This document shows positions 27,728-38,011 of a stretch of 64,000 nt of DNA, one piece after another. A model generated the notes under the pieces. That model was not told the DNA's origin and did not search any database. It saw only the letters and a program-made list of their open reading frames with translations. The stretch is from Mytilus trossulus (taxonomy: Eukaryota): positions 26,807,216 through 26,871,215 of the forward strand of contig NC_086385.1 in the NCBI RefSeq assembly GCF_036588685.1, read 5' to 3'. The position numbers were made by a program, and so were the translations under genes. Each line of letters starts with the position of its first letter. The first letter of the stretch is position 1.

Positions 27728-28002
27728 GGTGGTACATAACACTGAAGGGAAATAACTCTGTAACAATCAACTGGAAGTTTTATCACGTTGTTTTGTTCAG
27801 GAAATATAAAACTTCTCAATGATAAAATTTAGTGTCTATCAAACTGCCAAGTATCAAATAAGATATTTCCGACAAAGTGCGTGGTTCAAAGTTTTTGAAA
27901 ATGTTATATTTTGTCAAAGGTTCAAAGTAAATATTTTGTCAAAATTTTATGAAAATTAAATGATCAAACTTATCTTTTAAGGTCAAGATGTTTGTCACCA
28001 TC
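27728..28002. mobile_element. Diverged copy of the TTAA-flanked MITE, upstream of deaminase gene A
   Basis: ggtggtacataacact...ataactctgtaa...tttgtcaaaggttcaaagt...gtcaaaattttatgaaaattaaa is colinear with 24130-24387. Confidence 0.7.
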
Positions 28003-28313
28003 TTAAATGTTTTTTTTTTGTTTCTTGAGTAAATGAAAGGATTTTTGGATATGTGTTTGCAGCTTGGTTGCAATTTTTTTTTAAACTATAATTTTCACTT
28101 AAGTGCTGTTTGATTATTTAAACTTTCAATTATATAAAAATGACATTGACATTTCAAGCTTATCATTGGAAATGTGTTGAAACTATTATAATCAAAGATC
28201 AATGGAGTGCGCACATATAGGAGTAACTCACACTGTTTTAGAGTTCTTGTAACCACATACAAAGACAAATGTTTTAATATTTCAGTTAAAGAGTCGCCGT
28301 TATCTAAGCAAGT

Positions 28314-29534
28314 ATGGATTACAACTGGAAATTAGTCTTAATTGTTACTGTCTTGCTATATGCCGGAAGTAAGAACAGCAGCGCAAAGCAATCTCCAGTT
28401 CCAATTAAACATTTTACACCGGAAGAAATGACACCTATCTTTGAAGTGATGCGCATGTACGGGGAACTTGAAAGAAACAAAGTCAACAATAAAATTAATC
28501 AACATCTTCTTATTTCAATTGTGTCCGATGACGAAATTGACCAAGCCAAAAATTGGGGAGGATCGTTTCCGAAACAGTTTAATAAAGAACAGAGACTTCG
28601 TTTTCTCCTGAACGAACGTGACCACGGACAAAAAGATCTCAATCCCGACCGGGAGCTACACGGTGAAGTAAAAGCTCTTTACTCTGATCAGATTAAAACA
28701 TTGATGAATGACTTCAAAAACAACCAAAAGACAAAATATAAATATCCAATTGTATTGGTTTATTCTCATTACATACCCTGTGCGGGGGTACCACAATTGG
28801 GCTACTCATGCTCAGAAGAGCTGATGAACTATGCAAAAGGAAACATAACTAATTTTATCATGCTTGTAGCTTATTCGACCACTTTTAAGAACACTAACGA
28901 AAAGAGATCGTTCGATTACATGAGAAAAGGAGGAATAAATGCATTTATGCGTATGCCTGATGGTTCATATACCCATACATTAAAAGTTAACCCTTCAACC
29001 AGCATAGATGTCATAACGAGAACATTTCAAAGGGAAGCATATGTTTGTATATCAAAATGTTTCACGAATTATCAAAAGGATAGAGTGGCAATCACAACAT
29101 ATTTCATAAATTATTTAACATACCAGTGTATTTCTAAATCAAGAGCCACCGGTCTGTTTACGGAATTATCAAAAAATCAACTGAAAGCATGTCTTAAAGA
29201 AAAACTTGATAAAAACGTTGGAGACAACAGTGTACAGAGCAGTAAGAAAAACACAGAATCGATTCAATATACAAACTCATATTTTCAACTTTGTTTTAAC
29301 CGGTCAATCGAAGTTTCTCCTGGTTTGGGTAGACCACGTTCTAATCTTGATGAACCTGACTGGGAGCCGAGTCAGAATCGTAACTGGAATAAAATCTACA
29401 CTCTTCCTGGACCTAGGAGGAATAAAGATAAGCTGTCAAGAATGGTGTGTGAAAACAAGATTGACTCAAAGAAGTCACTTTTGGAAAAGAACAAAAAGCC
29501 GAGAAATAAATGGTATGCGTCAATGAAATCATGA
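28314..29534 (+). CDS. Secreted AID/APOBEC-like (Zn-dependent deaminase fold) protein A, 406 aa
   Basis: Uninterrupted 1.2 kb ORF in AT-rich DNA with an intact paralog. Hydrophobic N-terminus MDYNWKLVLIVTVLLYAGS. HGE at 28659-28667 (H116/E118) and LVYSHYIPC-x9-C (C156/C166). The downstream MLVAYSTTF and FDYMRKGGINAFM resemble the APOBEC beta4 and alpha4-beta5 elements. Acceptor atatttcAG ends at 28285; AATAAA at 29611. The CDS is near-certain; the family call is by motif only. Confidence 0.75.
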   Translation: MDYNWKLVLIVTVLLYAGSKNSSAKQSPVPIKHFTPEEMTPIFEVMRMYGELERNKVNNKINQHLLISIVSDDEIDQAKNWGGSFPKQFNKEQRLRFLLNERDHGQKDLNPDRELHGEVKALYSDQIKTLMNDFKNNQKTKYKYPIVLVYSHYIPCAGVPQLGYSCSEELMNYAKGNITNFIMLVAYSTTFKNTNEKRSFDYMRKGGINAFMRMPDGSYTHTLKVNPSTSIDVITRTFQREAYVCISKCFTNYQKDRVAITTYFINYLTYQCISKSRATGLFTELSKNQLKACLKEKLDKNVGDNSVQSSKKNTESIQYTNSYFQLCFNRSIEVSPGLGRPRSNLDEPDWEPSQNRNWNKIYTLPGPRRNKDKLSRMVCENKIDSKKSLLEKNKKPRNKWYASMKS

Positions 29535-29610
29535 AAATTGCACAAGACTCACTCGAAAAAAGATTATGACTATTATGCATTTGAACCTCTCATGGGTGTA
29601 ATTTGAGCTG

Positions 29611-29616
29611 AATAAA
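29611..29616 (+). promoter_or_regulatory. Candidate polyadenylation signal of deaminase gene A
   Basis: AATAAA 77 nt after the stop, inside a block that has homologous copies downstream of gene B. Confidence 0.45.
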
Positions 29617-30014
29617 GAATTTGATATAAAAGCAATTGCACATTTTACTAGAAGTTCATTAGTCTTTTTATTCTTATTTAGTAAGAAGCAGGACATTAAC
29701 ATGCTCACATGTTCAGGATAGCTTTACAATCAAGGAGGATGAAACAGATATTCTCCTAGGGTGTAAAATCATTAATAAGTTAATAACCTAAGATTTTTTT
29801 TCAATATTCCAGATACTTACAATTTTTTTTGCACACAAACAACCAGGAACATAATTTTAATATTAAATTCTAATTCTGTAGAACATATGAGAATTATTTT
29901 GCTCCTTTTTCAACAGTCATTGGAACTGATCCCAGGAGTCGGTTAGAATTTTAAGTTCATTGTTTCGTGTATATCACAAACACCTTCATGCTACTTTAGC
30001 TTATCCTTTCTTTA

Positions 30015-30404
30015 TCACAACACGATTCGTTCTGTAGCATTCTCATTAACAACACAAAGTGTTCTTTAACATTGTCACGAACAACACGATGCGTTCTTTA
30101 GCATTGTCACGAACAACACGATGCATTGTTTAGCATTGTAACGAACAACAAGATGCGTTCTGTAGCATTGTCATGAACACCAAAATGCGTTCTGTAGCAT
30201 TGCCACGAACAAAAAGATCAGTTCTGTAGCTTTGTCACGAACAACACGATGTGTTTTTTTGCATTGTCACGAACAACAAGATGCGTTCTATAGCATTGTC
30301 AAGAACGACAAGATTAGTTCTGTACACTGCTTTGTCACGAACATCACGATGTGTTCTTTAGCATTGTCACGAACAACAAGATGCGTTCTATAGCATTGTC
30401 ACGA
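30015..30404. repeat. Minisatellite, about 12 copies of a 32-bp unit
   Basis: Consensus cacgaacaacacgatgcgttctgtagcattgt, head-to-tail with no spacers. Confidence 0.92.
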
Positions 30405-31022
30405 ATTGCACTTACAGTCATAGCTGTTGTGTTTATATAGTTGTGCAGCATAAGTGACTTTATGGTACAATGAAACTAAGACTGAATTTTAATTGTATTC
30501 AGTCTTGTGTTATCATGTGTTGTAAATTTTAGAAATATGTAGAAATTAGTTATGTAAGGTACATATGTGATTATCTAACTTGAAACTCTTTTGGAATTTT
30601 GTATTTGATAAGGGGGCGCTACTCCAAGCACATGTTTTAATATCCAGTCTCTTTTCCGAATTAGCTGCCAAAGGAAGAACACACAGAAATTTGGTGATAT
30701 TCACTTTCATATGATATTTTTAATCTCCTCCCCCTTACCCTTCTTCCACCTTGAAAAGAGGTTTGTTAATTGTTGAATGGAATAAGGACAATAAGAGTGG
30801 TATCTGGGGCGGTATCCGCTCCCAAAAGTTGAAATGTTACACTATTATTAACAAATTTATAGTCAAGGGGACTCTTAGTTGATTGACTTTTCAAAAAATT
30901 CTATTTCAATAATTGATGGCATTTGTCTTTTCATTTATTACATAATATGCTCATTGGTTCAGACCTTAATGAAAGTATTATATATTTAAATTCATAATTG
31001 GTACTTATAATTGTAGTATATA

Positions 31023-31633
31023 CTAGAACACACCCGTGATTAATTATTTGAAAAACAAAAGGTCCTGGAATGGAGTATTTTTTAATCAACAGCATTGTCC
31101 TATATATTAGTTATTAAATAAAGTTGAATTCTTTGATTCGCTGTTTTACGTCATGCACGCTAACAAATTAAAAACTGTACCTTTACGCCTTATTTTTTAG
31201 TCCAGTTTTTTAGTATTCTTATTGTTATCTTAGAAAGTCTTACTGATTTAAATACTACAATAGACCTGTAACACTTTGACAATTTCGTAGTGTCAACCCT
31301 GTGATTATGAACTGTCTATATAGCATATCAATCCTGAATAAGCATATTAATCCTGAATACACCGTTTGCTGGTGCGCCTGTCAGATGCGGAACGTACAGA
31401 TAAGGTACATAGGTAACAGGTGAATATGCTATTGGTATCGGTATCGGACTTGACCCGGAACTTCTTAATTATTGGCAATATTAATTACGTGGAAAACAAA
31501 AGGGCCTGGAGTGGTGTAATTTTTAATCTACACCTTTGTACTATATTAGTTATATATAAAGTTGAATTCTTTGATTCGTTGTTTTTACGTGATGACGGCT
31601 GACAAATTGGACCTCGTAATTTTAGTATTTAGA
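31023..31633 (-). mobile_element. Non-autonomous Helitron, same family, internally deleted
   Basis: Reverse complement of 50133-50864 (ggtgcgcctgtcagatgcggaacgtacaga, gacccggaacttcttaattattggcaat). The CTAG end is at 31023; half of the hairpin is deleted. Confidence 0.85.
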
Positions 31634-32634
31634 TATGCAAATTTTATACAAGCATCTTTTGATATGATTGATTTTGTAACATAAACTGTCACATCTGTGG
31701 CCTGCATCATCATAACATGTGTTAGTTGTTATTTTGACTTTAGCGGACAATATAAATATAATATTAAAGTGACTGTCGATTGTCGTCTGTCAATCAAAAT
31801 TACAGATGGTTATGAAATATATGTACAAAATTGTTATAAAATGTATTAATTATCTCGGAGGAAGATAGAAAAATAGAGACTTATAAAGGAATACCCATAT
31901 TCATATATCTAAAAATATGAGAGATTTTCTAGACTAAGGTATCTTAAACTTGGTAAATTGAAGATGTTCGAGGAAATTCATAATTTATAATATAAAATAT
32001 AAAATTATAATACAATGCACAACTGAATAGATAATGGGGTTTATCTACAAATATTTGAAAGAAAGGTCCTTTTCGATTTTTTGAATTTTTGGTTTGTAGT
32101 TCAAGAGTATCAGGACTTCAACAGTTGAAAATAAGACACATTTTATCTCATGTCCCTTGCCAGCTCATATTATATGGGCTTGGATACATTCGCTTAATTC
32201 TTAATACGATAGTTGGTATTGGAAAAAGTAAGTACGCTTTTCGAGTTTTAGGTATTCTATGATTGCCTTTTCACATTTATGATACTGTAACCGAAAGTAA
32301 TTAAAACAGTTGTTACAAGCCAAATGCTCCTTTTCTTACAGAATTTTTCTTCAACATATGCACGTGCAAGTTACTGCCTCTGCTGGTGGACTATTAGTCC
32401 CCGATGGTATTACCGGCCCAGTAGCCAGTACTTCGGTACTGGCATAAACATACGTTTTGTTTTGTGTTTCAAATTTGATGTAACAAAATATTAATAATTA
32501 TTATAAATTAAGGAATGTATCTCCTTCATGCAAAGCTCTGATTCATTTCACGGATTTGGTTATACTTTTGGACCTTTTGAATTATAGCTCTTCATCTTTT
32601 ATTTAAGCTTTGGATTTCAAATATTTTGGCCACG

Positions 32635-32679
32635 AGCATCACTGAAGAGACATGTATTGTCGAAATGCACATCTAGTAC
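32635..32679 (+). ncRNA. Minimal type I hammerhead ribozyme motif (subfamily 2) inside a retrozyme-like repeat at about 32375-32712
   Basis: CUGAAGA (32642-32648), helix II GACA/UGUC, GAAA (32662-32665), helix III AU-gcac-AU, cleavage triplet AUC (32671-32673). Helix I is partly mismatched. Confidence 0.75.
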
Positions 32680-33180
32680 AAGAAAAAAATTGTTACCGTT
32701 AATTTTATTACTTATTCTTGATTGATTTATTCAATGTTTTATTTTATTCTTGCTACACTTTCTATAAGGAGACAATTACATATATGATGCTCCAAGTTAA
32801 GCTACGTATATATGATATCATATACATGAGTTCCACTGTCATGAAATCCTTGCAGACCTTATTTAACTTGAGATCCGTAGCCGCGTCAACATGTTTGTTA
32901 GGTTAAATTAGGCGATGTTGGAAGATTGCTAATGAGACAAATATTATCTAAAAACTTATGGATTTTAAAAGCAGTTGTAAACCACGGTAAGGCAGTCGGC
33001 AATGAGAAGAATCCAAACTGTCAAGAACCTACATTGTATAAGAGTTCACGGCATGGCAAAACGAGAAACAATTCAAATAAGAAATTATACGGTATGATTT
33101 ATACTAAATCGCTGAACGAAAATGAAATACCACACACACAAATAAACTCATCACAGATACCAGGATTACATTTTGTATTA

Positions 33181-33226
33181 ACGCCAGACTCGCGTTTCGT
33201 CTACAAAAGACTCATTAGTGACGCTC
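33181..33226 (-). ncRNA. Hammerhead ribozyme motif (subfamily 1) with a core mutation
   Basis: The minus strand reads gcgtca-CTAATGA-gtct-tttgt-agac-GAAAC-gcga-GTC-tggcgt. CUGAUGA has become CUAAUGA, so it is probably inactive. Confidence 0.7.
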
Positions 33227-33511
33227 GACTCCAATACAGTAAACAAGATAAAATAAAGTACGAAGGTGAAGAGCATTACGGACCAACAGTCCTAAAGGTT
33301 TGGCTAAGGTTAAGTAACTTCAACCACTGAACCACTGGTTCTTAAGTTGGGACCTGCATTTGGCGAATGTCGTGGGGTTTAACATGTCCGTCGTTCTGTC
33401 CGTACGTCTAAACCACAATAATACTCAGAAGTTATCTTAGAAGTTTGTCATAACCTTTTTAACTGTAGATTTTTTTATTCTCCTCGAAGGTCGTGCACCA
33501 AAATAGAGATA

Positions 33512-33765
33512 AATAAAGGCAACATTAGTTTACCGCTGTTCAAAACTCATATAAAATCCATGGACAAAAAACAAAATCGGGGAAACAAACTAAAACCGAG
33601 GGAAATGCATTAAATATAAGAGGAGAACAATGACATAACATAAAAATGTATCACACACAGAAACGGACCGAACAGCAGACAAAATCCCACGAGAATAACA
33701 AATACAATATCAAAACCATAAACATGAATTTGGGATAGACAAGTACCGTGACACGTCTTATCGCA
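33512..33765 (-). repeat. Dispersed repeat (copy of 41610-41860)
   Basis: aataaaggcaaca.tagt.taccgctgttcaaaactcata...gggatagacaagtaccgtg..acgtcttatc. Confidence 0.8.
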
Positions 33766-33884
33766 ATGTGAATTTACACTCGTTTAATTTAATAACGTCG
33801 ACGTCTTTGAGTGTTTGGTGGATAATTGTCTTACTGAATGGCAAGTTGACAATTGTCCCACTGGATGACAATCATAACATATCT

Positions 33885-35290
33885 TCTTGCCTGTCCCAAA
33901 AGGTTCGAGTGAGCTTTTCTCATCACTTGGCTTCTGTCGTCCGTTTAATTTTAGAAAAATCTTCTCCTCTGGAACTACTGGGCCAAATGAAAACAAACTT
34001 GGCCTTAATCCTCCTATGGGGTATCTACTTTAAAAATTTATCCGATGAACCCGCCCATCGACTAAGGTTTCCGCCATGATTAAACAGAGAACATAAGGGG
34101 TAAAACGCAGTTTTTGGCTTATAGCTCTAAAGCTAAAGCATGAAGAGCAAATCTGATAGTCGTAAAATTATTTATCAGAATAAGATATATCTGCCCGGAA
34201 AATTTCGAATGCATCGCACAGCTTGTTATTTGGTTGCTAACGCTAAATTGGCAATTTGAGGAAATTTTACATTTTTCGGTTATTATCTTGAATATTATGA
34301 TAGATAGAGACACACTATAAACAGAAAATTGTTCAGCAAAGAAAGATTGTCATAAAAGTCAACCTGAACATAATGAACAATTGACCCTATAAAGAGTTTT
34401 CCCTTTAAAGTAAACTTTTTACACCTTTCAGTAAATTTTACAAAAACCTTCTCCTCTGAAACTGCTTGGTCAAATTGTAGCAAACTTAGCCTAAATCATT
34501 TTTATGGTATATAAGTTTAAAAATGTATCAAAGGACCCGCACATCAACCAAGATGGCTACCGAGGCTAGAAATAGAACATTGGAGTGAAATGCAGTTTTT
34601 GGCTTATAGCTCTAAAACTAAAGCATTTGAAGCAAATCTGACAATGGATGAAAATGTTCAACAGGTAAAGATATCTGCCCTGAAATTGTCGGATGCATCA
34701 ACCTGTTGATATGTTGTAGATAGAGATAAACTGAAAACAGCAAAATTGTTCAGCATAGTAAACTCTACAAATAAGTCAACTTGAGTAAAATGGCCAATTG
34801 AACCCTGTAGGAGTTTTTACCCTACGTCGTCAAGTGTTGGACAATTTTTGTTCACTTTTTGTTATCTTTTACAAAAGTCTTATCCTCTGACAGATTTTAC
34901 TAAACTTGGCCACAATCATTATTAAAGTATCGAGCTAAAAATGTCTACAAACCACCAAGGCTGACATCCTCAAAAGAAGCACAAAGGGGTAAAAAGCAAG
35001 TTTAGTCTATTATTTTTTGAAACGTTATAAATCTGATGAAAAAATCTGAAAAGAAACAGCACATTCAGAATAATAAGCTCTTTCTAAACTGTAAGACAAA
35101 AGTTAAGATTATTTTTTCTTCATTTTTACCGTTTATCATGAAAACAATGATTCTAGAGTAAACTATGTTTTTCTTTTAAGCCTTATTATGATAGGTAAAA
35201 ATCACTTTAAATCACAATAATAATCAGCAAGGCAAGATCTATTAAAAAGTCAAAGAAACTAAACAGACTAAAAGATCAGTATTACAACAT
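33885..35290 (+). mobile_element. Helentron/HINE-like element with internal ~430-490 bp tandem units
   Basis: The head gtgagcttttctcatcacttgg..tctgtcgtccg resembles bivalve HINE left ends. Repeated blocks aaaa.cttctcctctg...aacttggcc..aatc start near 33956, 34443 and 34873. Confidence 0.6.
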
Positions 35291-36718
35291 GTACAATTTT
35301 ACTTCAACTTTTATTAACTCTCTAGACAGTTTACACTGTAACATGAGGCAGACAAATACTACAAGTAATAGTTTACAATGGTGAACAAGATAGAAAGAAA
35401 TATACATACATAGTTCATCATACAAGATCAACAAATCAGAGATTTTTGCCATGATATATTCTCGTCTACAAAGTTGGAAATTGTGGCTTGTGCTCCTGCC
35501 ACAGAGTGAGAGATTAAGTTAGCTATTAAAAGGTGAAATCCACCATTTTCAACATAAGAAAATACCTGTACAAATTTAGGAATATGACAGTTGTTATCCA
35601 TTCGTTTGAGCTTTTGTATTAGCCATTTGATTAGGGAATTTTCCGTTTTTGAATTTTCCTTGGTGTTCGATATTTTTGTGATTTTTCTTTTCACGTTATT
35701 GAGACTTTGTATGATCTTTGTATCGCTGATTGGCAGTCATACCATAAATCGTTTTTAGTGAGTTAATATTCATATAAACACAAATGATAGTCCCGGTATT
35801 CAATAAATATATTGCTATTTGTTTTCAGGTATGCATGAAATTGTTCCACACTTAGTGCACAAACATTTAGTTTATTACGTACATGTCCTTGAATTTTGTC
35901 ATTTGATTAGGGACCTACCATTTTAAATTTCCTTAAAGTTCTTTTTTTGTTATTTTCTTTTTGTTATTTGTGTTATCTTGCTCCAACATACAGTTTATTA
36001 CGTCCATGTCCTTGGATTCATGGTTGATTATTGTATCATTGGTTGGCAAACATACCACAAGTCGTTTTTGAATTTTGAATTCATATAAAATAACACAAAG
36101 TAAGTAACTGTATAAGTATAAGTATAAGTATAACTCAATAAGTATTTTGTAAAGTTTATTTCAAGGACGATGAGTTTTCATTAACAGTAGATTAAATGCC
36201 TTGGATCAATTTTCAAGTGCTTATAATAAGTGTTAGCATCCCTTAAACGAATTTGATACATGTATGTTTTCTTGTGTTTGGTATTTAATTATCGTTCTAC
36301 ACATCCGTTAACAATTTACATACGCTACAAAATGATGCTGCACAAAAACATACGCCAAATGCATGTCGAATAATTGATAATATTAAATTAAATAGATTTG
36401 TTAGTGTTTCATTAAACATGTGAGGAACTAAAGTGAGGGTCCTTCTTTTCTGTATTCTTTAATTATTTAGGTAATTTTCTCTATCCTTTTTATTTTGTGG
36501 CCATTTGTTCTCTATTTGTTATCTATTTGCCCTATATTTTACTATGTGATTTGGTTTTCTCACTTATCTGTTCTTTTTATCTATAGTTGATCCCTTATTC
36601 TCTGTTCAACAATTCTAAATGTGTAAAACAAACAAACCTTGTAAATAAAGATAACATACAATTCAATGCAATAAAAATACAACTATATACAATATAGGGT
36701 ATGCCACTTCTTCGAATA

Positions 36719-37184
36719 CACAGCTACTTTTGCATAGGTACTATTTCTGCACTTAAAATATGTAGAACTGTAAATTTACTTTGAATATTTTGTACTATTT
36801 CTTTATTTTGAAATCATTGCAATATCTAGGTACTTGTATTTTACAGTACTTTATTTTTACTAGATATTTTGGTACAGAAATAATACAATATTCCATGTTT
36901 GAAAAATCATGATTTTGAAGAGATTGGAAATAGAAAAATTTAAAAATGCTGAAAATGTAATGGTAGTAACCAAATATCTGTAAATTTCAAGTACATATTA
37001 AATACTGTAAGATACAAGTACCTAAAAGTATCAAAAGTACAAGGATTGTAATTTTATACGCCAGACTACGCTAAATATTACAATAATTTTAAAGGAACAA
37101 AATAGTACTGAATATTAAAAGCAGATTCACAGTACTACAGATTTTAAGTACAGAAATATTACCTAGTATGCAAAAGTAGCTGTG
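36719..37184. mobile_element. Second copy of the TA-flanked MITE
   Basis: TA|cacagctacttttgcatagg ... atgcaaaagtagctgtg|TA. It is absent from the paralogous site upstream of deaminase gene A (about 26320). Confidence 0.85.
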
Positions 37185-37629
37185 TAGGTACAAGTATAAC
37201 AATGCAGAAAAATGCATTAGTGAGTTGATAAAATTTAAACTTCACATTACCTCATTGAGATATTTATTTTTAGCATAGGGAATACTAATGACAAATAACT
37301 ATTTTAAGCATGGAGAGTTTTCATGGAACACTATAAGTAGTTTCTTTTTGATTGAAAGTTAAACACAAAGAACTGAGGATTTAATTGTCAGATTTCAGAA
37401 TCTGGGAGAAATTTGTTTTGAAGCGATAAAGTAAGAATAAGGTATTAATTATTGTTTTTATCATTTAGAAAGGTTTGGTAACTAGTGTTTTATATTTGTT
37501 TATTTTACAGAGACATACCGTCTCAAATGGTCACGTGACCCAAAAGATGAATTTATTGATTAATTGCTGTTTGCCTGAGTCAATTTCCGTTGGAAAAAAA
37601 TCTAATATATTACAACCAAGTTTATTTTT

Positions 37630-37835
37630 CATTTTCTGATAGATCAAAGAGATTCTTGTTATGCATTTCGAGGAAAATTGTTTATTTGCTAATATAATTT
37701 TCTCTCATTTTTTGAAAGATCAATGAAATTCTGTTACACATTTCGGGGAAAATCGTTTATTTGCTCATATCATTTTTTTTTAATTTTCTGATAGATGAAT
37801 GAAATTCTTGTTATGCATTTCGGGGAAAATAGATA
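37630..37835. repeat. Three ~76-bp tandem units upstream of deaminase gene B
   Basis: agat.aa.ga.attct.gtta..catttcg.ggaaaat repeated three times. Confidence 0.8.
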
Positions 37836-38011
37836 TTCAAAATTCGCTATTATTCTTCAATTTAAACTGATAAAAATACCAACTGTTCTTATATTCTACT
37901 GAATTAAAACTACACGATGATTTATGTTGTGTCTTAAGATACTGAAATGATAAATTGCATGTTCTAGGAATATTTGAAATTAAAAAGAAATATTGTTTGT
38001 TCTTTACAGTA

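Noticed and set aside
30015-30404. 32-bp repeats of CRISPR-like length
   Set aside because: The units are contiguous with no unique spacers, there are no cas genes, and the context is eukaryotic: an ordinary minisatellite.
32926-33330. 134-aa ORF
   Set aside because: Non-ATG start and made up of interspersed repeat and retrozyme fragments; no protein motif.
37955-38011. TTG-started extension of deaminase B
   Set aside because: Non-ATG start that spans a pyrimidine tract and AG acceptor.
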